Assembly (NCBI GenBank): GCA_902545555.1
Contig: CACCGK010000002.1
Span: forward strand, 20,602-84,601
Length of the DNA stretch: 64,000 nt
Direction of reading: 5' to 3'
Source of the DNA: an uncultured Pelagibacteraceae bacterium
GTDB lineage: Bacteria > Pseudomonadota > Alphaproteobacteria > Pelagibacterales > Pelagibacteraceae
Shown here: piece by piece, positions 49,404-58,693 of the stretch
How positions within the stretch are numbered: position 1 is the stretch's first letter
Layout of the letters: every line of letters begins with the position of its first letter
Program-made: the position numbers and the translations under genes
Notes under the pieces: model-generated
Told to the model about the DNA's origin: nothing
Seen by the model: the letters and a program-made list of their open reading frames with translations, nothing else
Databases searched by the model: none

Positions 49404-50482
49404 TGAACCTGGTTGCAAAACATTTAACTTATAAACCTGATGATCAGTATCATCTTAATGATGTTTCTTTTAATTTTGAAAAAGGTAGACTTTATACTAT
49501 TCTTGGACGTACATTGTCTGGCAAAACAACACTTTTAAAGACAATAGCTGGTTTATTAAATCCGGATAGTGGAAATATAAATTTTGAAGATAAAAATTTT
49601 AGCAAAGTGCCAGTATGGGAAAGAAATGTTGCTATGGTTTATCAGCAATTTATCAATTACCCCCATTTGAGTGTTTATGAAAATATTTCATTTCCACTAA
49701 AACAGAGAAAATTAAATGAGGAAAATATAAAAAAGAACGTTGAGGATGCTTTAAAAACGGTTGGTTTAGTAGGTTTTGAAAATAGAAAAATCCAAGAATT
49801 GTCTGGAGGACAGCAACAAAGGGTAGCATTAGCAAGATCACTCGCGAAAAAAGCAAAAATCTTATTATTAGATGAACCTCTTGTTAACCTTGATTATAAA
49901 CTTCGTGAACAACTTAGAGAGGAATTTAAAACCATATTTAATGAGGGATTGGCTAATGAGACTATTTTAATTTACTCAACAACTGACCCACAAGAAGTTA
50001 TGGAATTAAATGGAGAGGTAATTGTACTTGATGAGGGTAAAGTTTTACAAACAGGTCCAGCTAAAGATATTTTTGAAAATCCAATTAACCTCAAAGTTGC
50101 TGAAATTTCAAATGATCCTCCGATGAATATTATAAATGGCTTAAAAATTGATGGTAAAATTACTTTCGAAAATATCAACATCAAACTACCAAAACATTTA
50201 TCTCAATTAGATAATAAAAATTATAATTTTGGAATTAGATCTTCAGAAATTAAGCTTAGTGATAGCGGTGAGGAATTTGAAATAGAGTTAGCAGAAATTA
50301 GTGGGTCAGAAACATTATTACATTTAAAAAGAGGAAGTACAAAAGTTATTGCATTGATTGAAGAAGTTATGAATTTTAAAATTCATGAAAAAGTGAAAGT
50401 TGTGTTCAATTCTGATAAATTTTATGTTTTTGCAGAAGATGGAAAATTAATTTCATCACCATACAGGATTAAGAATGGCTAA
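49403..50482 (+). CDS. ABC transporter ATPase, GlpS-like
   Basis: GRTLSGKT, MVYQQFINYP, LSGGQQQR, DEPLVNLDYKLRE. Confidence 0.9.
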   Translation: MNLVAKHLTYKPDDQYHLNDVSFNFEKGRLYTILGRTLSGKTTLLKTIAGLLNPDSGNINFEDKNFSKVPVWERNVAMVYQQFINYPHLSVYENISFPLKQRKLNEENIKKNVEDALKTVGLVGFENRKIQELSGGQQQRVALARSLAKKAKILLLDEPLVNLDYKLREQLREEFKTIFNEGLANETILIYSTTDPQEVMELNGEVIVLDEGKVLQTGPAKDIFENPINLKVAEISNDPPMNIINGLKIDGKITFENINIKLPKHLSQLDNKNYNFGIRSSEIKLSDSGEEFEIELAEISGSETLLHLKRGSTKVIALIEEVMNFKIHEKVKVVFNSDKFYVFAEDGKLISSPYRIKNG

Positions 50483-51548
50483 AATAGATCTATCAAATAT
50501 CTCACATACTTATAATCCAAAAGATTTAGAACCTACTTATGCTCTAAATCCATTTTCGATGACGTGGGAAAATGGTAAACGTTACGCAATACTTGGACCA
50601 TCTGGTTGTGGAAAAACAACTATGTTAAATATTGTATCAGGCTTAATAAAACCTACTCAAGGCAGGATACTGTTTGATAATAAAGATGTAACTAGCCAAA
50701 AAACTGAAACTAGAAATATTTCGCAAGTATTTCAGTTTCCAGTAATTTACAATACGATGTCAGTATATGATAATTTAGCGTTTCCACTAAAATGTCGAGA
50801 TTTTGAAAAGAATAAAATTGAAGAGAGAGTTCAATCTGTATCTGAAACATTAAATCTTTCTTCATTTCTCAACATGCCCGCAAGGAAACTCACAGCAGAT
50901 CAAAAACAACTCATTTCATTAGGAAGAGGATTAGTGAGAGAAGATGTAGCTGCTGTATTAATGGATGAACCATTAACAGTAATTGATCCAGACTTAAAAT
51001 TTAGATTGAGAAGAAATTTAAAAGAAATTAATGAAGAATATAAAACAACATTAGTATATGTTACTCATGATCAAAATGAAGCGATGACATTTGCTGACAA
51101 TATTATTGTAATGGACCAAGGTGAAATAGTTCAGGTTGGGCTTCCCAAAGATTTATTTGAAAGACCTAAAACTACTTTTGTTGGCTATTTTATTGGTTCT
51201 CCTGCAATGAATTTATTTGGAACCCAATTACACACAGACAATAGTGTAAAAATTAACGATACAATAATAAAAACAAATACAAATTTATCAAAATTGAAAA
51301 ATAATAATATAAAACTAGGAATTAGATCAGAATTTGTAAAGGTAGCAAAAGATGAAAGTGAGAATTTGGTAGAAGTTAATATTCAAAAAATAGAAGACTT
51401 TGGAAACTTCAAACTATTAACAACAAAAATGGGTCAACTAACAATAAAGTCAAAAATCAATAGAGAGATTGAAATTGCTAATGATAAGGTAAAATTACAT
51501 TTTCCTCCCGAAAAATGTTGTGTATACCAAAATAACAAATTGATTTAA
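50475..51548 (+). CDS. ABC transporter ATPase, GlpT-like, with degenerate signature
   Basis: GPSGCGKT, QVFQFPVIY, LTADQKQLISLGRGLVR, DEPLTVIDP. Confidence 0.9.
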   Translation: MAKIDLSNISHTYNPKDLEPTYALNPFSMTWENGKRYAILGPSGCGKTTMLNIVSGLIKPTQGRILFDNKDVTSQKTETRNISQVFQFPVIYNTMSVYDNLAFPLKCRDFEKNKIEERVQSVSETLNLSSFLNMPARKLTADQKQLISLGRGLVREDVAAVLMDEPLTVIDPDLKFRLRRNLKEINEEYKTTLVYVTHDQNEAMTFADNIIVMDQGEIVQVGLPKDLFERPKTTFVGYFIGSPAMNLFGTQLHTDNSVKINDTIIKTNTNLSKLKNNNIKLGIRSEFVKVAKDESENLVEVNIQKIEDFGNFKLLTTKMGQLTIKSKINREIEIANDKVKLHFPPEKCCVYQNNKLI

Positions 51549-51620
51549 GTCAATTTCTACTCAGGATTGTAAAAAAATTTAATTAGCTTTAAATAGTGAC
51601 AATCTGTGCCTCTTTTTAGA

Positions 51621-51678
51621 AAGACTCTAATGTGAATCTATGTTTTACTTTAACTCAGTTAATTAACTAGAGGAGAAG
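51621..51678 (+). promoter_or_regulatory. Putative promoter, palindrome and SD of dctP1
   Basis: AAGACT-N17-TTTACT, palindrome AGTTAATTAACT at 51657-51668, then AGAGGAG; same layout recurs before dctP2. Confidence 0.5.
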
Positions 51679-51680
51679 AA

Positions 51681-52838
51681 ATGATTAAAAATAAAAAATC
51701 ATTGAAGGGTTCTAAAACTCCTTCAAGAAGAAAGTTCTTCAAAGCCGCAGCAGCAACCGGTGCAGCCGCAGCGACAGCTGTAGCAATGCCGAATGTTGCT
51801 TTTGGTGCTCCGCAAACATTAAAGATGCAAGCAGCATGGCCATCAGGTGCTAACATCTTTTTTGAAATGGCCGGAGACTATGCCAAAATGGTCGGAGACA
51901 TGTCAGGTGGAAGTTTAAAAATTGATCTTCAACCTGTTGGAGCAGTTGTAAAAACTGGAGAAATTGGACAAGCTGTAAGTGACGGTGTTCTTGATATGGG
52001 ACACTGGGTTACTGCTTATTGGTATGGAAAAAATCCTGCCGCGTCTCTTTTCGGAACTGGCCCATCCTACGGTCTATCATCTCAAGAAGTAATGGCTTGG
52101 ATGGAAGAAGGTGGTGGAAGAGCATTGTATGAAGAAACATTAGCAAAAGTTGGATATGACTATGTTGGTGTTTTTGCGATGCCTATGCCAGCTCAACCAT
52201 TTGGTTGGTTCAAAAAGAACGTAACTAAAGTAAGTGACGTTAAAGGTATGAAGTATAGAACAGTTGGTCTTGCAACTAACGTTCTTACTGCAATGGGTAT
52301 GGTAGTTAGACAATTACCAGGTGGTGAAATTCAGCCAGCTATGAAAACTGGTTTGATTGAAGCTGCAGAGTTTAATAACCCAACTTCAGACTCTCAATTT
52401 GGTATGCAAGATGTTTCTAAGCATTATCACTTAGGATCTTTCCACCAATCTCAGGAGATGTTTGAAATACCTATTAACAAAAAAACATTTAATAGCTTAT
52501 CTCCTGCAAACCAAGCAATATTAAAAAATGCTTCGTATGCAGCAAATACCGCTAACTACTTTAAAGCTTTGGTAAGATACTCAGCTGATTTATCTAAATT
52601 GATGAATGAGCATAAAGTAAACGTTTACCAAACTTCTGATGCAATTTTAGCAGAGCAGTTAAAAGGTTGGGATAAAGTTGTAGGTGATTTCTCTTCTAAA
52701 GATCCATTCTTTAAGAAGATTGTTGATTCTCAAAAAGCTTACGCGAAAAGAGTAATGAAATACTTACTAATGAATCAACCTAACTACAGACTTGCTTACG
52801 AAAACGAGTTTGGTCCGTTAGCGAAAGTTAAAATCTAA
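51681..52838 (+). CDS. dctP: TRAP substrate-binding protein (TakP/FcbT1-like) with Tat signal
   Basis: SRRKFFK twin-arginine motif, LKMQAAW, YWYGK, GWF, KYRTVG, AAEFNNP. Confidence 0.9.
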   Translation: MIKNKKSLKGSKTPSRRKFFKAAAATGAAAATAVAMPNVAFGAPQTLKMQAAWPSGANIFFEMAGDYAKMVGDMSGGSLKIDLQPVGAVVKTGEIGQAVSDGVLDMGHWVTAYWYGKNPAASLFGTGPSYGLSSQEVMAWMEEGGGRALYEETLAKVGYDYVGVFAMPMPAQPFGWFKKNVTKVSDVKGMKYRTVGLATNVLTAMGMVVRQLPGGEIQPAMKTGLIEAAEFNNPTSDSQFGMQDVSKHYHLGSFHQSQEMFEIPINKKTFNSLSPANQAILKNASYAANTANYFKALVRYSADLSKLMNEHKVNVYQTSDAILAEQLKGWDKVVGDFSSKDPFFKKIVDSQKAYAKRVMKYLLMNQPNYRLAYENEFGPLAKVKI

Positions 52839-52859
52839 GGTTTAAATATATAAAAAATT

Positions 52860-52887
52860 AAGGGGGCTTTTTAGCCCCCTTTTTTTT
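52860..52887 (+). terminator. Intrinsic terminator after dctP1
   Basis: AAGGGGGCT-tttt-AGCCCCCTT followed by a T-run. Confidence 0.88.
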
Positions 52888-52927
52888 AATTGAATTTATT
52901 AAGAAAATTAAGATAAGCTAGTTAAAT

Positions 52928-53512
52928 ATGTACTCTTATATAAAATTTGCAGACACTCTTAGCTCATCAATGGGTAAAGCCTTTTCATGGTGCATCGTAA
53001 TTTTAATGGGTGGAACATGCTATGAGGTCGTCATGGCTTACGCATTTAATGCTCCTACTTTATGGAATTTTGATTTTAGTTTACAAATGTACGGAGCAAT
53101 ATTTATGATGGCTGGAGCTTACACTTTAGCAACAGAGGCTCACGTTAGAGGGGATGTCATTTACAGGTTGTTCCCAACTAAAGCTCAAGGATGGATTGAT
53201 TTAATATTATATTTCATCTTCTTTTTTCCAGGGGTGATTGCACTTGCATTTTATGGATATGAATATGCAGCTAAGGCATGGATGGTGAAAGAAACAAGTT
53301 GGAATAGTCCAGCACAAATTCAAATTTATATGGCAAAATCATTAATACCTTTATCAGGGATACTTCTTACTCTCCAAGGAATTAGCGAAGTTTTTAGAGC
53401 AATTATTTGCATTAGAACAGGACATTGGCCAGAGAGAGATGCTGGTGCAGAAGAAACAGAGAAAATTTTAATGAGAAAATCTAAAGAGGAAGAAAAAATA
53501 GATGTTGTTTAG
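52928..53512 (+). CDS. dctQ: TRAP small permease DctQ
   Basis: 4 TM; AHVRGDVIY. Confidence 0.9.
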   Translation: MYSYIKFADTLSSSMGKAFSWCIVILMGGTCYEVVMAYAFNAPTLWNFDFSLQMYGAIFMMAGAYTLATEAHVRGDVIYRLFPTKAQGWIDLILYFIFFFPGVIALAFYGYEYAAKAWMVKETSWNSPAQIQIYMAKSLIPLSGILLTLQGISEVFRAIICIRTGHWPERDAGAEETEKILMRKSKEEEKIDVV

Positions 53513-54863
53513 TCTAACAAATCCAGAAATTGCAATTTTAATGATGGTGATATTTCTGTTTGCTGTATTACTAGGATTTCCTATTGCATTTACTTTAATG
53601 GCAATGGGTCTAGGATTTGGGTATTACGCATACTTTGATCCGACAAGAATGGATCATCTATTAGATAATAGGATATTTAATTTATTTGTTTCAAATACCT
53701 ATTCTGTCATGGATAACCATGTCCTCACCGCCGTGCCTTTATTTTTATTTATGGGCTATTTAGTTGAAAGAGCAGGTATAGTTGCAAGATTGTTTTATGC
53801 CATAAGACTTGCATCTCATTCGCTACCAGCTTCGATGGCTGTCGCTGCCCTTGTTACTTGTACTTTATTTTCTACAGCAACGGGTATAATAGGAGCAGTA
53901 GTGACTTTAATGGGTTTGCTTGCTTGGCCTGCAATGGTGAAGGCTGGTTATGATAAAAAATTTGCATCAGGAGTAATATGTGCTGGAGGCTGTTTAGGAA
54001 TTTTAATTCCCCCTAGTATTATGCTTATTGTTTATGCAGTAATTGCTCAGTTATCCCCATTAAGATTATTTGCTGCAGCAATATTTCCTGGTTTGATGTT
54101 AGCGGGTTTATATATTTTATATGCAATTATTTTGGCTTATTTTAATCCATCAGTTGCACCTAAGCCTCCTAAAGAAGAAATCCCTCCAAGATCAGTGATC
54201 TTAAAAGAAGTTTTGGTTTCATTCTTACCATTATTTTCATTAATTATTTTAGTATTAGGAAGTATTCTTGCTGGTTTGGCTACTCCTGCGGAAGCAGCAG
54301 GTGTTGGAGCTTTTGGAGCATTAGTTTTATCTTTCTTTTATAAATCTCTAAAATGGAAAAATTTTAAAGAGTCTGTCTTTCTAACCGCAAAAACTACTGC
54401 AATGATTATGTGGTTGTTTATTGGATCATGGACGTTTGCGTCAGTATTTTCATATTTAGGAGGACATGAAGTATTTGAGCATTTTTTTAAATCAATGGAT
54501 ATACAGCCTTGGCAATTTTTAGTAATTACACAAATTATAATTTTCTTATTAGGCTGGCCATTAGAGTGGACTGAAATATTAATTATATTTGTTCCAATAT
54601 TTTTACCTTTAGTAGAATTTTTTGGAGTAAACCCTTATTTTTTTGCTATGTTAATTGCGTTAAATTTACAAACATCATTTTTAACGCCCCCCATGGCCAT
54701 GTCGGCTTATTATTTAAAAGGTGTGCAATCTAAAAATGTTGAATTAATTGAGGTATTCAAAGGCATCATGCCATTCTTGGCGATAGTTATTTTTGGAATG
54801 GTTTTGATGTATTTATTTCCAGGTATAGCTCTGTGGTTACCTGATCAATTATTTGCAAACTAA
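53502..54863 (+). CDS. dctM: TRAP large permease DctM
   Basis: GFPIAFTL, AVPLFLFMG, ILIPPSI, ATPAEAA, LQTSFLTPP. Confidence 0.93.
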   Translation: MLFSLTNPEIAILMMVIFLFAVLLGFPIAFTLMAMGLGFGYYAYFDPTRMDHLLDNRIFNLFVSNTYSVMDNHVLTAVPLFLFMGYLVERAGIVARLFYAIRLASHSLPASMAVAALVTCTLFSTATGIIGAVVTLMGLLAWPAMVKAGYDKKFASGVICAGGCLGILIPPSIMLIVYAVIAQLSPLRLFAAAIFPGLMLAGLYILYAIILAYFNPSVAPKPPKEEIPPRSVILKEVLVSFLPLFSLIILVLGSILAGLATPAEAAGVGAFGALVLSFFYKSLKWKNFKESVFLTAKTTAMIMWLFIGSWTFASVFSYLGGHEVFEHFFKSMDIQPWQFLVITQIIIFLLGWPLEWTEILIIFVPIFLPLVEFFGVNPYFFAMLIALNLQTSFLTPPMAMSAYYLKGVQSKNVELIEVFKGIMPFLAIVIFGMVLMYLFPGIALWLPDQLFAN

Positions 54864-54867
54864 TTTA

Positions 54868-56205
54868 ATGAATGAAATTGTAAATTATTCTGTTGAAGAA
54901 TTAATAAATAAAATTTCAAATTCTCAAATTACTTCTGTCGAAATATGTGAAGCTTACATTGAGAGAGTTAATAAGTTTGAAAAAGATATAAATGCTTGGG
55001 CTTTTTTTGACAAAGAATTGTTATTGGAAAAAGCCAAAGAGTCAGATGCTTACAAAAAATCTGGAAAACCAACTGGACCGTTACATGGTATTCCTGTAGC
55101 TGTTAAGGATATTGTTGGTACTTTAGATATGCCAACAGAATGTGGAACGCCAATAAGAAAAGGAAAATCTTATTCACAAAATGCAGAAATAATTGATTTA
55201 TTAACATCTTCAGGGGCTATTGTGATGGGTAAAACAGTTACTACAGAATTAGCATATTTAAATCCCTCTAAAACAAAAAACCCACATGATTATTCACGAA
55301 CACCAGGAGGATCATCAAGTGGATCTGCTGCAGTAATTGCATCTTATATGGCTCCACTTTCAATTGGATCACAAACAGGTGGCTCAATAATCAGACCAGC
55401 ATCTTATTGTGGTGTTGTTGGATACAAACCTTCATTTGGCTTAATTTCTAGAAACGGAGTATTAAAGACTTCCGAAAAACTTGATCATTTAGGAGTTTTT
55501 GGAAAAACAGTCGAGGACATAGCTTATTTAGTTAAAGAGTTAATTAAAAAAGATTCCCATGACCCTGCCACTGTTTATTATTCCTCGAATAATATGGTTG
55601 ATGCTGTAAAAAAAGGTCCTTTATATCAACCTAAGTTCATATTTTATAAAACTGAATTTTGGAAATCAATTGACAAAAAATCTAAGGAGGCTTTTGAATA
55701 TTTTATAAAGTCGTTTAAAAAAAATATAGAAGTTCATGATACTCCTTCTTATTTTAAAGATATCCATAAATATCATCAAATAATTTATGAAAGTGATCTA
55801 GCTAATAATTTTAGTGATTATTACAAACATTATAAATCTAAACTTTCAAAAATTATGCAAAATGCGATTGCAAATGGAAGAAAACATACTGCAAAAGAAT
55901 ATGCTGAAGCAATAGATTTTATGAAAAGAAGTTACGATTCTTATAAAGAAGTATTTGAGGACTATCACGGGGTTTTATCCCCATCCAGTCCAGGCGTTGC
56001 TCTAAAGGGTCTTAAGAGCACTGGATCAGCTGATTTCAATAAAGTTTGGTCTTATTTAGGAACTCCATGTATTTCACTTCCTTTACTTCAGGGTGAAAAT
56101 AATTTACCATTAGGAATTCAAGTTATTGGAGAGAGATATGATGATAATCGTTTCTTAGGAGTTTCCAGTTGGCTTGAAAAGGAAAGTGAGAAATTTAATG
56201 AATAA
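54868..56205 (+). CDS. Amidase signature family enzyme
   Basis: GPLHGIPVAVKD, TPGGSSSGSAA, GSQTGGSIIRPASYCG; ATG at 54868 preferred. Confidence 0.9.
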   Translation: MNEIVNYSVEELINKISNSQITSVEICEAYIERVNKFEKDINAWAFFDKELLLEKAKESDAYKKSGKPTGPLHGIPVAVKDIVGTLDMPTECGTPIRKGKSYSQNAEIIDLLTSSGAIVMGKTVTTELAYLNPSKTKNPHDYSRTPGGSSSGSAAVIASYMAPLSIGSQTGGSIIRPASYCGVVGYKPSFGLISRNGVLKTSEKLDHLGVFGKTVEDIAYLVKELIKKDSHDPATVYYSSNNMVDAVKKGPLYQPKFIFYKTEFWKSIDKKSKEAFEYFIKSFKKNIEVHDTPSYFKDIHKYHQIIYESDLANNFSDYYKHYKSKLSKIMQNAIANGRKHTAKEYAEAIDFMKRSYDSYKEVFEDYHGVLSPSSPGVALKGLKSTGSADFNKVWSYLGTPCISLPLLQGENNLPLGIQVIGERYDDNRFLGVSSWLEKESEKFNE

Positions 56206-56374
56206 ACTTGTAACACTAATAGGACTTTCTTTTGCAATCTTTTTTCTTGTTGGTTTAGCAACAACACTTACAAGATCTATGATGATAGGTTTCTTTGATG
56301 TATTACCAGTTTACATATTGATGATACTTGCGATATCGATGATGTTATACGAAGCCTTTTTTGATAAAAAATAA
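56198..56374 (+). CDS. Small two-TM hypothetical protein
   Basis: ATG at 56198 overlaps the amidase end; hydrophobic. Confidence 0.55.
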   Translation: MNKLVTLIGLSFAIFFLVGLATTLTRSMMIGFFDVLPVYILMILAISMMLYEAFFDKK

Positions 56375-56437
56375 ATTTAATAATTCCTAAATTTACTACC
56401 TCTGATTGTATTATATTCTTTAATAGGAATTTTAGTC

Positions 56438-56496
56438 TAGACTTAAACGCACATTTGTAATTTACTCTTTATCGTTAATTAACAAAGAAGAGGAGA
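56438..56496 (+). promoter_or_regulatory. Putative promoter, palindrome and SD of dctP2
   Basis: TAGACT-N17-TTTACT, GTTAATTAAC at 56474-56483, then AGAGGAG. Confidence 0.5.
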
Positions 56497-56501
56497 GAGT
56501 A

Positions 56502-57635
56502 ATGATTAAAGAAAAAAAATCATTGAAGGTTTCTAGATCACCTTCAAGAAGAAAGTTCTTTAAAACTGCAGCTGCGACGGGTGTTGCTGCTGTTGCAGCA
56601 TCATCTTTATCTGCTCCAGCTGTTGCCAAAGAGAGAATAGAAGCTTCTATGGTAGCTACTTGGCCTAGAGATTTTCCAGGCCTAGGAACTGGTGCACAAA
56701 GACTTGCTCAAAGATTAAGCGATATGAGTGACGGTAGAATTCAAGTTACTTATTATGCTGCTAACGAAAGGGTAAAAGCATTTGACTCGTTTGACGAAGT
56801 TGCATCAGGTAACTCTCAAATGTATCACGGTGCTGATTACTACTGGGTTAAAAAACACCCTGCATTTGGATATTTTACTGCCGTTCCATTTGGTTTCACA
56901 TATGCTGAAATGAATGCGTGGTTAAAATTTGCTGGTGGACAAGAGTTGTGGGATGAATTGACTGATGATTTTGGAACACAAAGTTTTGCTGCTGGTAACA
57001 CTGGAGTGCAAATGGGTGGTTGGTTTAACAAAAAAATTAGATCAGCTAATGATATTAAGGGTTTAAAAATGCGTATGCCTGGTTTAGGTGGACAAGTACT
57101 TGGAAAACTTGGTGGTTCTCCAATTTCACTTCCAGGTGGACAAATATATGAAAACCTTGTGTCTGGTGCAATTGATGCTACCGAATGGGTAGGACCTTGG
57201 AATGATGAGGCTTTTAAGTTTTATGAAGCAGCCAAGTATTATTATTATCCAGGTATGCACGAACCAGGATCAACCCTATGTTGTGGTGTAAATAAATCTT
57301 GGTTCACTAGTCTAACTAAGTCAGATCAATTGATTATAAAAACTGCTTGTGATTGGGCTGATACAACTACTATGGCGGAATACAATGCAAAAAATGGAGC
57401 AGCATTAGATCGTTTAGTAAATGAAAATGGAGTTAAGCTTGAGAAGTTTAACGATAAAGTTTATGACGCTTTTGCTAAAGGTGCTGCAGAAGTTTTTGAC
57501 GAAGTTCAGCAACATAGTGCCCTTGCTCAGAAAGTGCATGCTGCTTTTGTTAAAGGACGAAAAGAAATAGGTGCTTGGACAAACTTGTCTGATTCACCTT
57601 ACATTTCTCAAAGAAATAGAGCATTAGGAGTATAA
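56502..57635 (+). CDS. dctP: TRAP substrate-binding protein (TakP-like) with Tat signal
   Basis: SRRKFFK, ATWP, GNTGVQMGGWF, KMRMPGLGG, DATEWVGP, YYYPGMHEPG. Confidence 0.92.
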   Translation: MIKEKKSLKVSRSPSRRKFFKTAAATGVAAVAASSLSAPAVAKERIEASMVATWPRDFPGLGTGAQRLAQRLSDMSDGRIQVTYYAANERVKAFDSFDEVASGNSQMYHGADYYWVKKHPAFGYFTAVPFGFTYAEMNAWLKFAGGQELWDELTDDFGTQSFAAGNTGVQMGGWFNKKIRSANDIKGLKMRMPGLGGQVLGKLGGSPISLPGGQIYENLVSGAIDATEWVGPWNDEAFKFYEAAKYYYYPGMHEPGSTLCCGVNKSWFTSLTKSDQLIIKTACDWADTTTMAEYNAKNGAALDRLVNENGVKLEKFNDKVYDAFAKGAAEVFDEVQQHSALAQKVHAAFVKGRKEIGAWTNLSDSPYISQRNRALGV

Positions 57636-57654
57636 TTTAATTCTAATTAATACT

Positions 57655-57682
57655 AGAGGGCCCTTAAATGGGCCCTCTTTTT
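57655..57682 (+). terminator. Intrinsic terminator after dctP2
   Basis: AGAGGGCCC-ttaaat-GGGCCCTCT followed by TTTT. Confidence 0.85.
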
Positions 57683-57706
57683 ATATACCATTAAAAGTTT
57701 TGTCAT

Positions 57707-58690
57707 ATGATTGAGAAAAAAAACTTATCTATTTTAATAAGAATATTTAGTTATTCTATCTTAACATTAACATTAATTTTTTTAATAAATAATGTTTTAA
57801 CAGTTTGGTTTGATTGGCCAGGAGTTAAAAAACTTTTTTCTCATTATGAAATATTTGGATTTAAAAAATTAAATGAACCTTTAGAGGGACTTGCGATGAG
57901 TCTGTCGTATATTCAATTATTATTTTATTTTTTATCTTTTATAGGAGTTATAATGTTTGTTTTAAAATCCTTAAAACAAACATTACAAACAGACTCAGAG
58001 ATACTAAAAAAAATAACAGCATATATTATTAGATCTTCATTCTGGGCAGTGCTTATTGTTGGAGTAGCAGATTTTTTAATCTCATTTATGGTTGTAGAAA
58101 AATTGGTTGAGCCAATTTTTGGGGAACAAGTTAAAATTAATTTAGTAATACCCGCATTCAGGATTACATATATACATTTCCCTCTTATTTTAGCTTCTTT
58201 TATAATTGGTTATTTCACAAGATCTGTAGGATTTATTTGGTTAGCAGTTTTAGTAGTTGGAAGTGAATTCTTGATAGTTGTATCAAGATTTATATTCCAA
58301 TATGAACAAGCTTTTCAAGGAGATCTTGTTCGTTTTTGGTATGCTGCACTTTATCTTTTTGCAAGTGCATATGCATTAATTCACGAAGGTCATGTAAGAG
58401 TTGATGTTTTGTATGCTAATTTTAGTGAGAGAAAGAAGGCATGGACGAATGCAATTGGATCTCTCATTTTAGGCATTCCTTTATGTTTGATAGTTATATT
58501 TTTGGGTATGGGTGGTAAAGCTAGTATCATTAATGGTCCGGTAATTTCGTTTGAAATTACTCAGCAAGGTTCAAATGGATTATATTTACTTTATTTAATG
58601 GCAGTTTACTTAGCAGTATTTGCAGTAAGTATGTTAACTCAATTCACAAGCTACTTTATGAGTAGTAGTCACAAACTTTTAAAGAATTAA
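57707..58690 (+). CDS. dctQ: Extended TRAP small permease DctQ
   Basis: GHVRVDVLY; 327 aa with extra N-terminal TMs. Confidence 0.85.
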   Translation: MIEKKNLSILIRIFSYSILTLTLIFLINNVLTVWFDWPGVKKLFSHYEIFGFKKLNEPLEGLAMSLSYIQLLFYFLSFIGVIMFVLKSLKQTLQTDSEILKKITAYIIRSSFWAVLIVGVADFLISFMVVEKLVEPIFGEQVKINLVIPAFRITYIHFPLILASFIIGYFTRSVGFIWLAVLVVGSEFLIVVSRFIFQYEQAFQGDLVRFWYAALYLFASAYALIHEGHVRVDVLYANFSERKKAWTNAIGSLILGIPLCLIVIFLGMGGKASIINGPVISFEITQQGSNGLYLLYLMAVYLAVFAVSMLTQFTSYFMSSSHKLLKN

Positions 58691-58693
58691 ATA

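Noticed and set aside
54853-56205. Amidase considered as gatA
   Set aside because: No gatB or gatC adjacent; has SQTGGS rather than the GatA-type SDTGGS and lies in a TRAP operon
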